Source: Raillietiella orientalis
Taxonomy: Eukaryota
Direction of reading: 5' to 3'
Length of the DNA stretch: 64,000 nucleotides
Assembly (NCBI GenBank): GCA_036172245.1
Contig: JAYWIR010000104.1
Coordinates: 62,001 to 126,000, forward strand
Below are positions 48,301-62,436 of this stretch, one piece after another. Position numbers and translations under genes: made by a program. Each line of letters begins with the position of its first letter. The stretch's first letter is position 1. The notes under the pieces were generated by a model that was given only the letters and a program-made list of their open reading frames with translations, searched no databases and was not told the origin of the DNA.

Positions 48301-51300
48301 AGAGGAGAAAAAAAAAAGAGGAAACGAAAAAAAAAAACGTCCATGCTCCAATGGAAGCAGCACAGGCAGAGTGCATCCATCCCTGCTGAGGGGAAAAGGA
48401 CAGCTTCCCGGTCGACTAGCTAGGCGCCTGCCTTGATTTGAAACGCTTGTGTGTCTTCTGTAACCATCCCCTCATCCACCAAATTCACCGGTTTCCTCAA
48501 TCGTCTCTCCCGCGGAACAATCCATCCCCCACGAAATGTTCGGTAACGAACATCCCTCATCTACTCCCCGTGTTCCCGAATCCTCCTTGAACATCGCATC
48601 ACTTTAACGGTCGCTATCCCCCAAAAGAGGTATCCTTGCGCTAAGGGCACCCACGGCCATGTGGACCATGCAACTTCGTTACTCATGAAGTTTCCAGGTA
48701 GCGGAGAGAAACAAAGAAAAAGGAAGAGGAGAAAAAAAAAAAGAGGACACGAAAAAAAAAAACGTCCATCCTCCAATGGAAGCAGCACAGGCAGAGTGCA
48801 TCCATCCCTGCTGAGGGGAAAAGGACAGCTTCCCGGTCGACTAGGTAGGCGCCTGCCTTGATTTGGAACGCTTGTGTGTCTGCTGTAACCATCCCCTCAT
48901 CCACCAAAACCACCGGTTTCCTCAATCGTCTCTCCCGCGGAACAATATATCCCCCACGAAATGTTCGGTAACGAACATCCCTCATCTATTCCCCGTGTTC
49001 CCGAATCCATCTTGAACATCGCATCACTTTAACGGTCGCTATCCCCCAAAAGAGGTATCCTTGCGCTAAGGGCACCCACGGCCATGTTCCCCATGCAACT
49101 TCGTTACTCATGAAGTTTCCAGGTAGCGGAGAAAAACAAAGAAAAAGGAAGAGGAGAAAAAAAAAAGAGGACACGAAAAAAAAAAACGTCCATCCTCCAA
49201 TGGAAGCAGCACAGGCAGAGTGCATCCATCACTGCTGAGGGGAAAAGGACAGCTTCCCGGTCGACTAGGTAGGCGCCTGCCTTGATTTTTAACGCTTGTG
49301 TGTCTGCTTTAACCATCCCCTCGTCCACCAAAACCACTGGTTTCCTCAATCGTCTCTCCCGCGGAACAATCCATCCCCCACGAAATGTTCGGTAACCAAC
49401 ATCCCTCATCTACTCCCCGTGTTCCCGAATCCACCTTGAACATCGCATCATTTTAACGGTCCCTATTTCCCAAAAGTAGTATCCTTGCGCTAAGGGCAAC
49501 AACGGCCATGTTGTCCATGCAACTTCGTTACTCATGAAGTTTCCAGGTAGCGGAGAAAAACAAAGAAAAAGGAAGAGGAGAAAAAAAAAAGAGGACACGA
49601 AAAAAAAAAACGTCCATCCTCCAATGGAACCAGCACAGACAGAGTGCATTCATCCTTGCTAAGAGGAAAGGACAGCTTGCCGGTCGACTAGGTAGGCGCC
49701 TGCCTTGATTTGGAACGCTTGTGTGTCTGCTATAACCATCCCCTCGTCCACCAAAACCACCGGTTTCCTCAATCGTCTCTCCCGCGGAACAATCCATCCC
49801 CTACGAAATGTTCGGTAACCAACATCCCTCATCTACTCCCCGTGTTCCCGAATCCACCTTGAACATCGCATCATTTATACGGTCGCTAATCCCCCAAAAG
49901 TAGTATCATAGCGCTAAGGGCAGCAACGGCCATGTGGTCCATGCAACTTCGTTACTCATAAAGTTTCCAGGTAGCGGAGAAAAACCAAGCAAAACGAAAG
50001 AGGAGAAAGAAAAAAGTGGACACGAAAAAAAAAAACGTCCATCCTCCAATGGAAGCAGCACAGGCAGTGTGCATCCATCCTTGCTAAGAGGAAAAGGACA
50101 GCTTCCCGGTCGACTAGGTAGGCGCTTGCCTTGATTTGGAACGCTTGTGTGTCTGCTGTAACCATCCCCTCATCCACCAAAACCACCGGTTTCCTCAATC
50201 GTCTCTCCCGCGGAACAATCCATCCCCCACGAATTGTTCGGTAACGAACATCCCTCATCTATTCCCCGCGTTCCCGAATCCATCTTGAACATCGCATCAC
50301 TTTAACGGTCGCTATCCCCCAAAAGAGGTATCCTTGCGCTAAGGGCACCCACGGCCATGTTCCCCATGCAACTTCGTTACTCATGAAGTTTCCAGGTAGC
50401 GGAGAAAAACAAAGAAAAAGGAAGAGGAGAAAAAAAAAAAGAGGACACGAAAAAAAAAAACGACCATCCTCCAATGGAAGCAGCACAGGCAGAGTGCATC
50501 CATCCCTGCTGAGGGGAAAAGGACAGCTTCCCGGTCGACTAGGTAGGCGCCTGCCTTGATTTGGAACGCTTGTGTGTCTGCTGTAACCATCCCCTCATCC
50601 ACCAAAACCACCGGTTTCCTCAATCGTCTCTCCCGCGGAACAATCCATCCCCCACGAATTGTTCGGTAACGAACATCTCTCATCTACTCCCCGTGTTCCC
50701 GATTCCACCTTGAACATCGCATCATTTTAACGGTCGCTATCCCCCAAAAGAGGTATCCTTACGCTAAGGGCACGCACGGCCATGTTCCCCATGCAACTTC
50801 GTTACTCATGAAGTTTCCCGGTAGCGGAGAAAAACAAAGAAAAAGGAAGAGGAGAAAAAAAAAAAGAGGACACGAAAAAAAAAACGTCCATCCTCCAATG
50901 GAAGCAGCACAGGCAGAGTGCATCCATCCCTGCTGAGGGGAAAAGGACAGCTTCCCGGTCGACTAGGTAGGCGCTTGCCTTGATTTGGAACGCTTGTGTG
51001 TCTGCTGTAACCATCCGCTCATCCACCAAAACCACCGGTTTCCTCAATCGTCTCTCCCGCGAAACAATCCATCCCCCACGAATTGTTCGGTAACGAACAT
51101 CCCTCATCTACTCACCGTGCTCCGAATCCACCTTGAACATCGCATCATTTTAACGGTCGCTATCCCCCAAAAGTAGTATCATAGCGCTAAGGGCAGCAAC
51201 GGCCATGTGGACCATGCAACATCGTTACTCATAAAGTTTCCAGGTAGCGGAGAAAAACCGAGCAAAACGAAACAGGAGAAAAAAAAAAAGTGGACACGAA

Positions 51301-54300
51301 AAAAAAAAACGTCCATCTTCCAATGGAAGCAGCACAGGCAGAGTGCATCCATCCTTGCTAAGAGGAAAAGGACAGCTTCCCGGTCGACTAGGTAGGCGCC
51401 TGCCTTGATTTGGAACGCTTGTGTGTCTGCTTTAACCATCCCCTCGTCCACCAAAACCACTGGTTTCCTCAATCGTCTCTCCCGCGGAACAATCCATCCC
51501 CCACGAAATGTTCGGTAACCAACATCCCTCATCTACTCCCCGTGTTCCCGAATCCACCTTGAACATCGCATCATTTTAACGGTCCCTATTTCCCAAAAGT
51601 AGTATCCTTGCGCTAAGGGCAACAACGGCCATGTTGTCCATGCAACTTCGTTACTCATGAAGTTTCCAGGTAGCGGAGAAAAACAAAGAAAAAGGAAGAG
51701 GAGAAAAAAAAAAGAGGACACGAAAAAAAAAAACGTCCATTCTCCAATGGAAGCAGCACAGGCAGAGTGCATCCATCCCTGCTAAGAGGAAAGGACAGCT
51801 TGCCGGTCGACTAGGTAGGCGCTTGCCTTGATTTCGAACGCTTGTGTGTCTGCTGTAACCATCCCCTCATCCACCAAAACCACCGGTTTCCTCAATCGTC
51901 TCTCCCGCGGAACAATCCATCCCCCACGAATTGTTCGGTAACGAACATCCCTCATCTATTCCCCGTGTTCCCGAATCCATCTTGAACATCGCATCATTTT
52001 AACGGTCGCTATCCCCCCAAAAGACGTATCCTTGCGCTAAGGGCACCCACGGCCATGTGGACCATGCAACTTCGTTACTCATGAAGTTTCCAGGTAGCGG
52101 AGAAAAACAAACAAAAAGGAAGAGGAGAAAAAAAAAAGAGGAAACGAAAAAAAAAAACGTCCATGCTCCAATGGAAGCAGCACAGGCAGAGTGCATCCAT
52201 CCCTGCTGAGGGGAAAAGGACAGCTTCCCGGTCGACTAGCTAGGCGCCTGCCTTGATTTGAAACGCTTGTGTGTCTTCTGTAACCATCCCCTCATCCACC
52301 AAATTCACCGGTTTCCTCAATCGTCTCTCCCGCGGAACAATCCATCCCCCACGAAATGTTCGGTAACGAACATCCCTCATCTACTCCCCGTGTTCCCGAA
52401 TCCTCCTTGAACATCGCATCATTTTAACGGTCGCTATCCCCCAAAAGTAGAATCATAGCGCTAAGGGCAGCAACGGCCATGTGGTCCATGCAACTTCGTT
52501 ACTCATAAAGTTTCCAGGTAGCGGAGAGAAACAAAGAAAAAGGAAGAGGAGAAAAAAAAAAAGAGGACACGAAAAAAAAAAACGTCCATCCTCCAATGGA
52601 AGCAGCACAGGCAGAGTGCATCCATCCCTGCTGAGGGGAAAAGGACAGCTTCCCGGTCGACTAGGTAGGCGCCTGCCTTGATTTGGAACGCTTGTGTGTC
52701 TGCTGTAACCATCCCCTCATCCACCAAAACCACTGGTTTCCTCAATCGTCTCTCCCGCGGAACAATCCATCCCCCACGAAATGTTCGGTGACGAACATCC
52801 CTCATCTACTCCCCGTGTTCCCGAATCTTCCTTGAACATCGCATCATTTTAACGGTCGCTATCCCCCAAAAGTAGAATCATAGCGCTAAGGGCAGCAACG
52901 GCCATGTGGTCCATGCAACTTCGTTACTCATAAAGTTTCCAGGTAGCGGAGAGAAACAAAGAAAAAGGAAGAGGAGAAAAAAAAAAGAGGACACGAAAAA
53001 AAAAAACGTCCATCCTCCAATGGAAGCAGCACAGGCAGAGTGCATCCATCCCTGCTGAGGGGAAAAGGACAGCTTCCCGGTCGACTAGGTAGGCGCCTGC
53101 CTTGATTTGGAACGCTTGTGTGTCTGCTGTAACCATCCCCTCATCCACCAAAACCACCGGTTTCCTCAATCGTCTCTCCCGCGGAACAATATATCCCCCA
53201 CGAAATGTTCGGTAACGAACATCCCTCATCTATTCCCCGTGTTCCCGAATCCATCTTGAACTTCGCATCACTTTAACGGTCGCTATCCCCCAAAAGAGGT
53301 ATCCTTGCGCTAAGGGCACCCACGGCCATGTTCCCCATGCAACTTCGTTACTCATGAAGTTTCCAGGTAGCGGAGAAAAACAAAGAAAAAGGAAGAGGAG
53401 AAAAAAAAAAGAGGACACGAAAAAAAAAAACGTCCATCCTCCAATGGAAGCAGCACAGGCAGAGTGCATCCATCCCTGCTGAGGGGAAAAGGACAGCTTC
53501 CCGGTCGACTAGGTAGGCGCCTGCCTTGATTTTTAACGCTTGTGTGTCTGCTTTAACCATCCCCTCGTCCACCAAAACCACTGGTTTCCTCAATCGTCTC
53601 TCCCGCGGAACAATCCATCCCCCACGAAATGTTAGGTAACCAACATCCCTCATCTACTCCCCGTGTTCCCGAATCCACCTTGAACATCGCATCATTTTAA
53701 CGGTCCCTATTTCCCAAAAGTAGTATCCTTGCGCTAAGGGCAACAACGGCCATGTTGTCCATGCAACTTCGTTACTCATGAAGTTTCCAGGTAGCGGAGA
53801 AAAACAAAGAAAAAGGAAGAGGAGAAAAAAAAAAGAGGACACGAAAAAAAAAAACGTCCATTCTCCAATGGAAGCAGCACAGGCAGAGTGCATCCATCCC
53901 TGCTAAGAGGAAAGGACAGCTTGCCGGTCGACTAGGTAGGCGCTTGCCTTGATTTCGAACGCTTGTGTGTCTGCTGTAACCATCCCCTCATCCACCAAAA
54001 CCACCGGTTTCCTCAATCGTCTCTCCCGCGGAACAATCCATCCCCTACGAATTGTTCGGTAACGAACATCCCTCATCTATTCCCCGTGTTCCCGAATCCA
54101 TCTTGAACATCGCATCATTTTAACGGTCGCTATCCCCCCAAAAGACGTATCCTTGCGCTAAGGGCACCCACGGCCATGTGGACCATGCAACTTCGTTACT
54201 CATGAAGTTTCCAGGTAGCGGAGAAAAACAAAGAAAAAGGAAGAGGAGAAAAAAACAAGAGGAAACGAAAAAAAAAAACGTCCATCCTCCAATGGAAGCA

Positions 54301-57300
54301 GCACAGGCAGAGTGCATCCATCCCTGCTGAGGGGAAAAGGACAGCTTGCCGGTCGACTAGGTAGGCGCTTGCCTTGATTTTTAACGCTTGTGTGTCTGCT
54401 TTAACCATCCCCTCGTCCACCAAAACCACTGGTTTCCTCAATCGTCTCTCCCGCGGAACAATCCATCCCCCACGAAATGTTCGGTAACCAACATCCCTCA
54501 TCTACTCCCCGTGTTCCCGAATCCACCTTCAACATCGCATCATTTTAACGGTCCCTATTTCCCAAAAGTAGTATCCTTGCGCTAAGGGCAACAACGGCCA
54601 TGTTGTCCATGCAACTTCGTTACTCATGAAGTTTCCAGGTAGCGGAGAAAAACAAAGAAAAAGGAAGAGGAGAAAAAAAAAAGAGGACACGAAAAAAAAA
54701 AACGTCCATTCTCCAATGGAAGCAGCACAGGCAGAGTGCATCCATCCCTGCTAAGAGGAAAGGACAGCTTGCCGGTCGACTAGGTAGGCGCTTGCCTTGA
54801 TTTCGAACGCTTGTGTGTCTGCTGTAACCATCCCCTCATCCACCAAAACCACCGGTTTCCTCAATCGTCTCTCCCGCGGAACAATCCATCCCCCACGAAT
54901 TGTTCGGTAACGAACATCCCTCATCTACTCCCCGTGTTCCCGAATCCACCTTGAACATCGCATCATTTTAACGGTCCCTATTTCCCAAAAGTAGTATCCT
55001 TGCGCTAAGGGCAACAACGGCCATGTTGTCCATGCAACTTCGTTACTCATGAAGTTTCCAGGTAGCGGAGAAAAACAAAGAAAAAGGAAGAGGAGAAAAA
55101 AAAAAGAGGACACGAAAAAAAAAAACGTCCATTCTCCAATGGAAGCAGCACAGGCAGAGTGCATCCATCCCTGCTAAGAGGAAAGGACAGCTTGCCGGTC
55201 GACTAGGTAGGCGCTTGCCTTGATTTCGAACGCTTGTGTGTCTGCTGTAACCATCCCCTCATCCACCAAAACCACCGGTTTCCTCAATCGTCTCTCCCGC
55301 GGAACAATCCATCCCCCACGAATTGTTCGGTAACGAACATCCCTCATCTATTCCCCGTGTTCCCGAATCCATCTTGAACATCGCATCATTTTAACGGTCG
55401 CTATCCCCCCAAAAGACGTATCCTTGCGCTAAGGGCACCCACGGCCATGTGGACCATGCAACTTCGTTACTCATGAAGTTTCCAGGTAGCGGAGAAAAAC
55501 AAACAAAAAGGAAGAGGAGAAAAAAAAAAGAGGAAACGAAAAAAAAAAACGTCCATGCTCCAATGGAAGCAGCACAGGCAGAGTGCATCCATCCCTGCTG
55601 AGGGGAAAAGGACAGCTTCCCGGTCGACTAGCTAGGCGCCTGCCTTGATTTGAAACGCTTGTGTGTCTGCTGTAACCATCCCCTCATCCACCAAAACCAC
55701 CGGTTTCCTCAATCGTCTCTCCCGCGGAACAATCCATCCCCCACGAAATGTTCGGTGACGAACATCCCTCATCTACTCCCCGTGCTCCCGAATCCACCTT
55801 GAACATCGCATCATTTTAACGGTCGCTATCCCCCAAAAGAGGTATCCTTGCGCTAAGGGCACGCACGGCCATGTTCCCCATGCAACTTCGTTACTCATGA
55901 AGTTTCCAGGTAGCGGAGAAAAACTAAGAAAAAGGAAGAGGAGAAAAAAAAAAAGAGAACACGAAAAAAAAAAACGTCCATCCTCCAATGGAAGCAGCAC
56001 AGGCAGAGTGCATCCATCCCTGCTGAGGGGAAAAGGACAGCTTCCCGGTCGACTAGGTAGGCGCCTGCCTTGATTTGGAACGCTTGTGTGTCTGCTGTAA
56101 CCATCCCCTCATCCACCAAAACCACTGGTTTCCTCAATCGTCTCTCCCGCGGAACAATCCATCCCCCACGAAATGTTCGGTGACGAACATCCCTCATCTA
56201 CTCCCCGTGTTCCCGAATCTTCCTTGAACATCGCATCATTTTAACGGTCGCTATCCCCCAAAAGTAGAATCATAGCGCTAAGGGCAGCAACGGCCATGTG
56301 GTCCATGCAACTTCGTTACTCATAAAGTTTCCAGGTAGCGGAGAGAAACAAAGAAAAAGGAAGAGGAGAAAAAAAAAAAGAGGACACGAAAAAAAAACCA
56401 TCCTCCAATGGAAGCAGCACAGGCAGAGTGCATCCATCCCTGCTGAGGGGAAAAGGACAGCTTCCCGGTCGACTAGGTAGGCGCCTGCCTTGATTTGGAA
56501 CGCTTGTGTGTCTGCTGTAACCATCCCCTCATCCACCAAAACCACCGGTTTCCTCAATCGTCTCTCCCGCGGAACAATATATCCCCCACGAAATGTTCGG
56601 TAACGAACATCCCTCATCTATTCCCCGTGTTCCCGAATCCATCTTGAACATCGCATCACTTTAACGGTCGCTATCCCCCAAAAGAGGTATCCTTGCGCTA
56701 AGGGCACCCACGGCCATGTTCCCCATGCAACTTCGTTACTCATGAAGTTTCCAGGTAGCGGAGAAAAACAAAGAAAAAGGAAGAGGAGAAAAAAAAAAGA
56801 GGACACGAAAAAAAAAAACGTCCATCCTCCAATGGAAGCAGCACAGGCAGAGTGCATCCATCCCTGCTGAGGGGAAAAGGACAGCTTCCCGGTCGACTAG
56901 GTAGGCGCCTGCCTTGATTTTTAACGCTTGTGTGTCTGCTTTAACCATCCCCTCGTCCACCAAAACCACTGGTTTCCTCAATCGTCTCTCCCGCGGAACA
57001 ATCCATCCCCCACGAAATGTTCGGTAACCAACATCCCTCATCTACTCCCCGTGTTCCCGAATCCACCTTGAACATCGCATCATTTTTACGGTCGCTAATC
57101 CCCCAAAAGTAGTATCATAGCGCTAAGGGCAGCAACGGCCATGTGGTCCATGCAACTTCGTTACTCATAAAGTTTCCAGGTAGCGGAGAAAAACCAAGCA
57201 AAACGAAAGAGGAGAAAGAAAAAAGTGGACACGAAAAAAAAAAACGTCCATCCTCCAATGGAAGCAGCACAGGCAGAGTGCATCCATCCCTGCTGAGGGG

Positions 57301-60300
57301 AAAAGGACAGCTTCCCGGTCGACTAGGTAGGCGCCTGCCTTGATTTGGAACGCTTGTGTGTCTGCTGTAACCATCCCCTCATCCACCAAAACCACCGGTT
57401 TCCTCAATCGTCTCTCCCGCGGAACAATCCATCCCCCACGAATTGTTCGGTAACGAACATCCCTCATCTATTCCCCGTGTTCCCGAATCCATCTTGAACA
57501 TCGCATCATTTTAACGGTCGCTATCCCCCCAAAAGACGTATCCTTGCGCTAAGGGCACCCACGGCCATGTTCACCATGCAACTTCGTTACTCATGAAGTT
57601 TCCAGGTAGCGGAGAAAAACAAAGAAAAAGGAAGAGGAAAAAAACAAAAAGAGGACACAAAAAAAAAAAACGTCCATCCTCCAATGGAAGCAGCACAGGC
57701 AGAGTGCATCCATCCCTGCTGAGGGGAAAAGGACAGCTTCCCGGTCGACTAGGTAGGCGCTTGCCTTGATTTGGAACGCTTGTGTGTCTGCTGTAACCAT
57801 CCGCTCATCCACCAAAACCACCGGTTTCCTCAATCGTCTCTCCCGCGAAACAATCCATCCCCCACGAATTGTTCGGTAACGAACATCCCTCATCTACTCA
57901 CCGTGTTCCGAATCCACCTTGAACATCGCATCATTTTAACGGTCGCTATCCCCCAAAAGTAGTATCATAGCGCTAAGGGCAGCAACGGCCATGTGGACCA
58001 TGCAACATCGTTACTCATAAAGTTTCCAGGTAGCGGAGAAAAACCGAGCAAAACGAAACAGGAGAAAAAAAAAAGTGGACACGAAAAAAAAAAACGTCCA
58101 TCCTCCAATGGAAGCAGCACAGGCAGAGTGCATCCATCCTTGCTAAGAGGAAAAGGACAGCTTCCCGGTCGACTAGGTAGGCGCCTGCCTTGATTTGGAA
58201 CGCTTGTGTGTCTGCTGTAACCATCCCCTCATCCACCAAAACCTCCGGTTTCCTCAATCGTCTCTCCCGCGGAACAATCCATCCCCCACGAAATGTTCGG
58301 TAACCAACATCCCTCATCTACTCCCCGTGTTCCCGAATCCACCTTGAACATCGCATCATTTTAACGGTCCCTATTTCCCAAAAGTAGTATCCTTGCGCTA
58401 AGGGCAACAACGGCCATGTTGTCCATGCAACTTCGTTACTCATGAAGTTTCCAGGTAGCGGAGAGAAACAAAGAAAAACGAAAGAGGAGAAAAAAAAAAG
58501 GGAACACGAAAAAAAAAAACGTCCATCCTCCAATGGAAGCAGCACAGGCAGAGTGCATCCATCCCTGCTGAGGGGAAAAGGACAGCTTCCCGGTCGACTA
58601 GGTAGGCGCTTGCCTTGATTTGGAACGCTTGTGTGTCTGCTGTAACCATCCCCTCATCCACCCCAACCACCGGTTTCCTCAATCGTCTCTCCCGCGGAAC
58701 AATATATCCCCCACGAAATGTTCGGTAACGAACATCCCTCATCTACTCCCCGTGTTCCCGAATCCACCTTGAACATCGCATCACTTTAACGGTCCCTATC
58801 CCCCAAAAGTAGTATCCTTGCGCTAAGGGCAACAACGGCCATGTGGTCCATGCAACTTCGTTACTCATAAAGTTTCCAGCTAGCGGAGAGAAACAAAGAA
58901 AAAGGAAGAGGAGAAAAAAAAAAAGAGAACACGAAAAAAAAAAACGTCCATCCTCCAATGGAAGCAGCACAGGCAGAGTGCATCCATCCCTGCTGAGGGG
59001 AAAAGGACAGCTTCCCGGTCGACTAGGTAGGCGCCTGCCTTGATTTGGAACGCTTGTGTGTCTGCTGTAACCATCCCCTCATCCACCCCAACCACCGGTT
59101 TCCTCAATCGTCTCTCCCGCGGAACAATCCATCCCCCACGAAATGTTCGGTAACGAACATCCCTCATCTACTCCCCGTGTTCCCGAATCCACCTTGAACA
59201 TCGCATCACTTTAACGGTCCCTATCCCCCAAAAGTAGTATCCTTGCGCTAAGGGCAACAACGGCCATGTTCCCCATGCAACTTCGTTACTCATGAAGTTT
59301 CCCGGTAGCGGAGAAAAACAAAGAAAAAGGAAGAGGAGAAAAAAAAAAGAGGAAACGAAAAAAAAAAACGTCCATCCTCCAATGGAAGCAGCACAGGCAG
59401 AGTGCATCCATCCCTGCTGAGGGGAAAAGGACAGCTTTCCGGTCGACTAGGTAGGCGCCTGCCTTGATTTTTAACGCTTGTGTGTCTGCTTTAACCATCC
59501 CCTCGTCCACCAAAACCACTGGTTTCCTCAATCGTCTCTCCCGCGGAACAATCCATCCCCCACGAAATGTTCGGTAACCAACATCCCTCATCTACTCCCC
59601 GTGTTCCCGAATCCACCTTGAACATCGCATCATTTTAACGGTCCCTATCCCCCAAAAGTAGTATCCTTGCGCTAAGGGCAACAACGGCCATGTTGTCCAT
59701 GCAACTTCGTTACTCATGAAGTTTCCAGGTAGCGGAGAGAAACAAAGAAAAACGAAAGAGGAGAAAAAAAAAAGGGAACACGAAAAAAAAAAACGTCCAT
59801 TCTCCAATGGAAGCAGCACAGGCAGAGTGCATCCATCCCTGCTGAGGGGAAAAGGACAGCTTCCCGGTCGACTAGGTAGGCGCCTGCCTTGATTTGGAAC
59901 GCTTGTGTGTCTGCTGTAACCATCCCCTCATCCACCCCAACCACCGGTTTCCTCAATCGTCTCTCCCGCGGAACAATCCATCCCCCACGAAATGTTCGGT
60001 AACGAACATCCCTCATCTACTCCCCGTGTTCCCGAATCCACCTTGAACATCGCATCACTTTAACGGTCCCTATCCCCCAAAAGTAGTATCCTTGCGCTAA
60101 GGGCAACAACGGCCATGTTCCCCATGCAACTTCGTTACTCATGAAGTTTCCCGGTAGCGGAGAAAAACAAAGAAAAAGGAAGAGGAGAAAAAAAAAAGAG
60201 GAAACGAAAAAAAAAAACGTCCATCCTCCAATGGAAGCAGCACAGGCAGAGTGCATCCATCCCTGCTGAGGGGAAAAGGACAGCTTTCCGGTCGACTAGG

Positions 60301-62436
60301 TAGGCGCCTGCCTTGATTTTTAACGCTTGTGTGTCTGCTTTAACCATCCCCTCGTCCACCAAAACCACTGGTTTCCTCAATCGTCTCTCCCGCGGAACAA
60401 TCCATCCCCCACGAAATGTTCGGTAACCAACATCCCTCATCTACTCCCCGTGTTCCCGAATCCACCTTGAACATCGCATCATTTTAACGGTCCCTATCCC
60501 CCAAAAGTAGTATCCTTGCGCTAAGGGCAACAACGGCCATGTTGTCCATGCAACTTCGTTACTCATGAAGTTTCCAGGTAGCGGAGAGAAACAAAGAAAA
60601 ACGAAAGAGGAGAAAAAAAAAAGGGAACACGAAAAAAAAAAACGTCCATTCTCCAATGGAAGCAGCACAGGCAGAGTGCATCCATCCCTGCTGAGGGGAA
60701 AAGGACAGCTTCCCGGTCGACTAGGTAGGGGCTTGCCTTGATTTGGAACGCTTGTTTGTGTGCTGTAACCATCCCCTTATCCACCAAAACCACCGGTTTC
60801 CTCAATCGTCTCTCCCGCGGAACAATCCATCCCCCACGAATTGTTCGGTAACGAACATCTCTCATCTACTCCCCGTGTTCCCGATTCCACCTTGAACATC
60901 GCATCATTTTAACGGTCGCTATCCCCCAAAAGAGGTATCCTTACGCTAAGGGTACGCACGGCCATGTTCCCCATGCAACTTCGTTACTCATGAAGTTTCC
61001 CGGTAGCGGAGAAAAACAAAGAAAAAGGAAGAGGAGAAAAAAAAAAAGAGGACACGAAAAAAAAAAACGTCCATCCTCCAATGGAAGCAGCACAGGCAGA
61101 GTGCATCCATCCCTGCTGAGGGGAAAAGGACAGCTTCCCGGTAGACTAGGTAGGCGCCTGCCTTGATTTTTAACGCTTGTGTGTCTGCTATAACCATCCC
61201 CTCGTCCACCAAAACCACTGGTTTCCTCAATCGTCTCTCCCGCGGAACAATCCATCCCCCACGAAATGTTCGGTAACGAACATCCCCCATCTACTCCCCG
61301 TGTTCCCGAATCCTCCTTGAACATCGCATCATTTTAACGGTCGCTATCCCCCAAAAGTAGAATCATAGCGCTAAGGGCAGCAACGGCCATGTCGTCCATG
61401 CAACTTCGTTACTCATAAAGTTTCCCGGTAGCGGAGAGAAACAAAGAAAAAGGAAGAGGAGAAAAAAAAAAAGAGGACACGAAAAAAAAAAACGTCCATC
61501 CTCCAATGGAAGCAGCACAGGCAGAGTGCATCCATCCCTGCTGAGGGGAAAAGGACAGCTTCCCGGTAGACTAGGTAGGCGCCTGCCTTGATTTTTAACG
61601 CTTGTGTGTCTGCTATAACCATCCCCTCGTCCACCAAAACCACTGGTTTCCTCAATCGTCTCTCCCGCGGAACAATCCATCCCCCACGAAATGTTCGGTA
61701 ACGAACATCCCCCATCTACTCCCCGTGTTCCCGAATCCTCCTTGAACATCGCATCATTTTAACGGTCGCTATCCCCCAAAAGTAGAATCATAGCGCTAAG
61801 GGCAGCAACGGCCATGTCGTCCATGCAACTTCGTTACTCATAAAGTTTCCCGGTAGCGGAGAGAAACAAAGAAAAAGGAAGAGGAGAAAAAAAAAAGAGG
61901 ACACGAAAAAAAAAAACGTCCATCCTCCAATGGAAGCAGCACAGGCAGAGTGCATCCATCCCTGCTGAGGGGAAAAGGACAGCTTCCCGGTCGACTAGGT
62001 AGGCGCCTGCCTTGATTTGGAACGCTTGTGTGTCTGCTGTAACCATCCCCTCATCCACCCCAACCACCGGTTTCCTCAATCGTCTCTCCCGCGGAACAAT
62101 CCATCCCCCACGAATTGTTCGGTAACGAACATCCCTCATCTACTCCCCGTGTTCCCGAATCCACCTTGAACATCGCATCATTTTAACGGTCGCTATCCCC
62201 CAAAAGTAGTATCATAGCGCTAAGGGCACCAACGGCCATGTTGTCTATGAAATTTCCGTACTCATAAAGTTTCCAGGTAGCGGAGAAAAACAAAGAAAAA
62301 GGAAGAGGAGAAAAAAAAAAGCGGACACGAAAAAAATAAACGTCCATCCTCCAATGGAAGCAGCACAGGCAGTGTGCATCCATCCCTGCTGAGAGGAAAA
62401 GGACAGCTCCCGGTCGACTAGGTAGGCGGTTGCCTT
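45334..62436. repeat. Satellite tandem array, ~424-425 bp unit, ~40 copies
   Basis: The marker gctaaggg recurs every ~424 bp from ~45668 to ~62219 (40 occurrences counted). Each unit has two A-tracts of ~9-11 nt, one GTCGAC site in most units and an ATGTTCG-GTAA-CGAACAT hairpin. Confidence 0.98.

Noticed and set aside
45289..62383. Recurrent ~100-aa and ~66-79-aa ORFs in each satellite unit
   Set aside because: No domain resemblance. Frames shift with A-tract length and many units lack them, so they are by-products of the repeat.
45334..62436. CRISPR-like array or hammerhead retrozyme array
   Set aside because: Whole units repeat with no unique spacers, and I found no CUGAnGA...GAAA hammerhead core on either strand.
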